Positions 62,980 through 64,000 of a stretch of 64,000 nt of DNA are shown here, in pieces. The translations under genes were made by a program, and so were the position numbers. A model generated the notes under the pieces. That model worked only from the letters and a program-made list of their open reading frames with translations. It made no database searches and had not been told where the DNA came from. Position 1 is the first letter of the stretch. Every line of letters begins with the position of its first letter. The stretch is from Macrostomum lignano. Its lineage: Eukaryota. The stretch lies in NCBI GenBank assembly GCA_002269645.1, contig NIVC01000607.1:11694-75693 (forward strand). The letters are read 5' to 3'.

Positions 62980-63637
62980 ACAGCAGACACTAACCAGTAG
63001 CACACAGACACTCACCGGTAGCACAGAGACACTCACCGGTAGCACAGAGACACTCACCGGTAGCACGCAGACACTCACCGGTAGCACAAAGACACTCACT
63101 GGTAGCATGTAGACACTCACCGGTAGCACACAGACACTCACTGGTAGCATGCAGACACTCACCGGTAGCATGCAGACACTCACCGGTAGCACACAGACAC
63201 TCACCGGTAGCACACAGACACTCACCGGTAGCACGCAGACACTCACCGGTAGCACAGAGACACTCACCGGTAGCAACAGACACTCACTGGTAGCACACAG
63301 ACACTCACCGGTAGCATGCAGACACTCACCGGTAGCACGTAGACACTCACTGGTAGCACACAGACACTCACTGGTAGCACACAGACACTCAACGGTAGCA
63401 CACAGACACTCACCGGTAGCACACAGACACTCACCGGTAGCACGCAGACACTCACCGGTAGCACACAGACACTCACCGGTAGCACGCAGACACTCACCGG
63501 TAGCACACAGACACTCACCGGTAGCACGCAGACACTCACCGGTAGCACACAGACACTCACCGGTAGCACAAAGACACTCACCGGTAGCACACAGACACTC
63601 ACCGGTAGCACAGAGACACTCACCGGTAGCACAGAGA
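62980..63637. repeat. 21-bp minisatellite
   Basis: CAGACACTCACCGGTAGCACA units. Confidence 0.93.
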
Positions 63638-64000
63638 CGCAAATTTAATTCAACTGCAAGCCATGTTCACACAGTTTTCTATTGTTGCAATGTGAAGCAG
63701 CTTTCTTGCTTGCACAAAATAAAAAACTGAAAGCAAAAAAGCGATTTCAACAAGATCTTAACTTGATGCTTATCAAAAAATTAATTTGAATCGTCGAATT
63801 TCTATTTTGATTCAAATTGGATAGGCCTGTGAAGATTGCAGGGTATAAATTGATAGAATCAATTAAAAAACTGTTTGATTTCTCGTATAGCATGGCAGAC
63901 TGACTTCAGAAACTACTAAAAAGCCCATAACATGAAGTAGCGAAGTAGCTGTTTAAAATAAAGTGCTGAAAAAAGGAAAAGGAATGCAGTATTTTCTAAA

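Overview
Eukaryotic (animal) genomic DNA, intron-rich and full of minisatellites. Nearly every larger intron carries its own tandem array. With the several DEG/ENaC genes, this suggests a flatworm such as Macrostomum (inference only). I assembled genes by hand from GT/AG sites and reading-frame phase: (1) the 5' three coding exons of a JNK MAP kinase (-), running off the left edge; (2) a DEG/ENaC channel with both TM regions (-, 13564-23931); (3) a C2orf50/CIMIP5-like ciliary protein (+, 30375-31544); (4) a divergent 10-exon PP2A scaffold (A subunit)-like HEAT protein (-, 34865-43095); (5) a secreted PAN/apple + C-type lectin protein with an intronless CDS (-, 51726-52478); (6) a second DEG/ENaC (-, 54810 to at least 62933). 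The second channel is the standout. Its ectodomain exons splice in frame to upstream exons encoding two kringle domains and a WSC domain, and the WSC exon sits inside the first kringle. This places a modular ligand/glycan-binding cassette where the channel's finger domain normally lies. Mobile DNA comprises a degenerate DIRS/Ngaro-type tyrosine-recombinase retroelement, an RTE-like LINE fragment with a 12-bp TSD, an internally deleted Tc1-like element, a TTTAAA-flanked MITE and two tRNA-derived SINE families. Most long ORFs in the supplied track are translations of tandem repeats.
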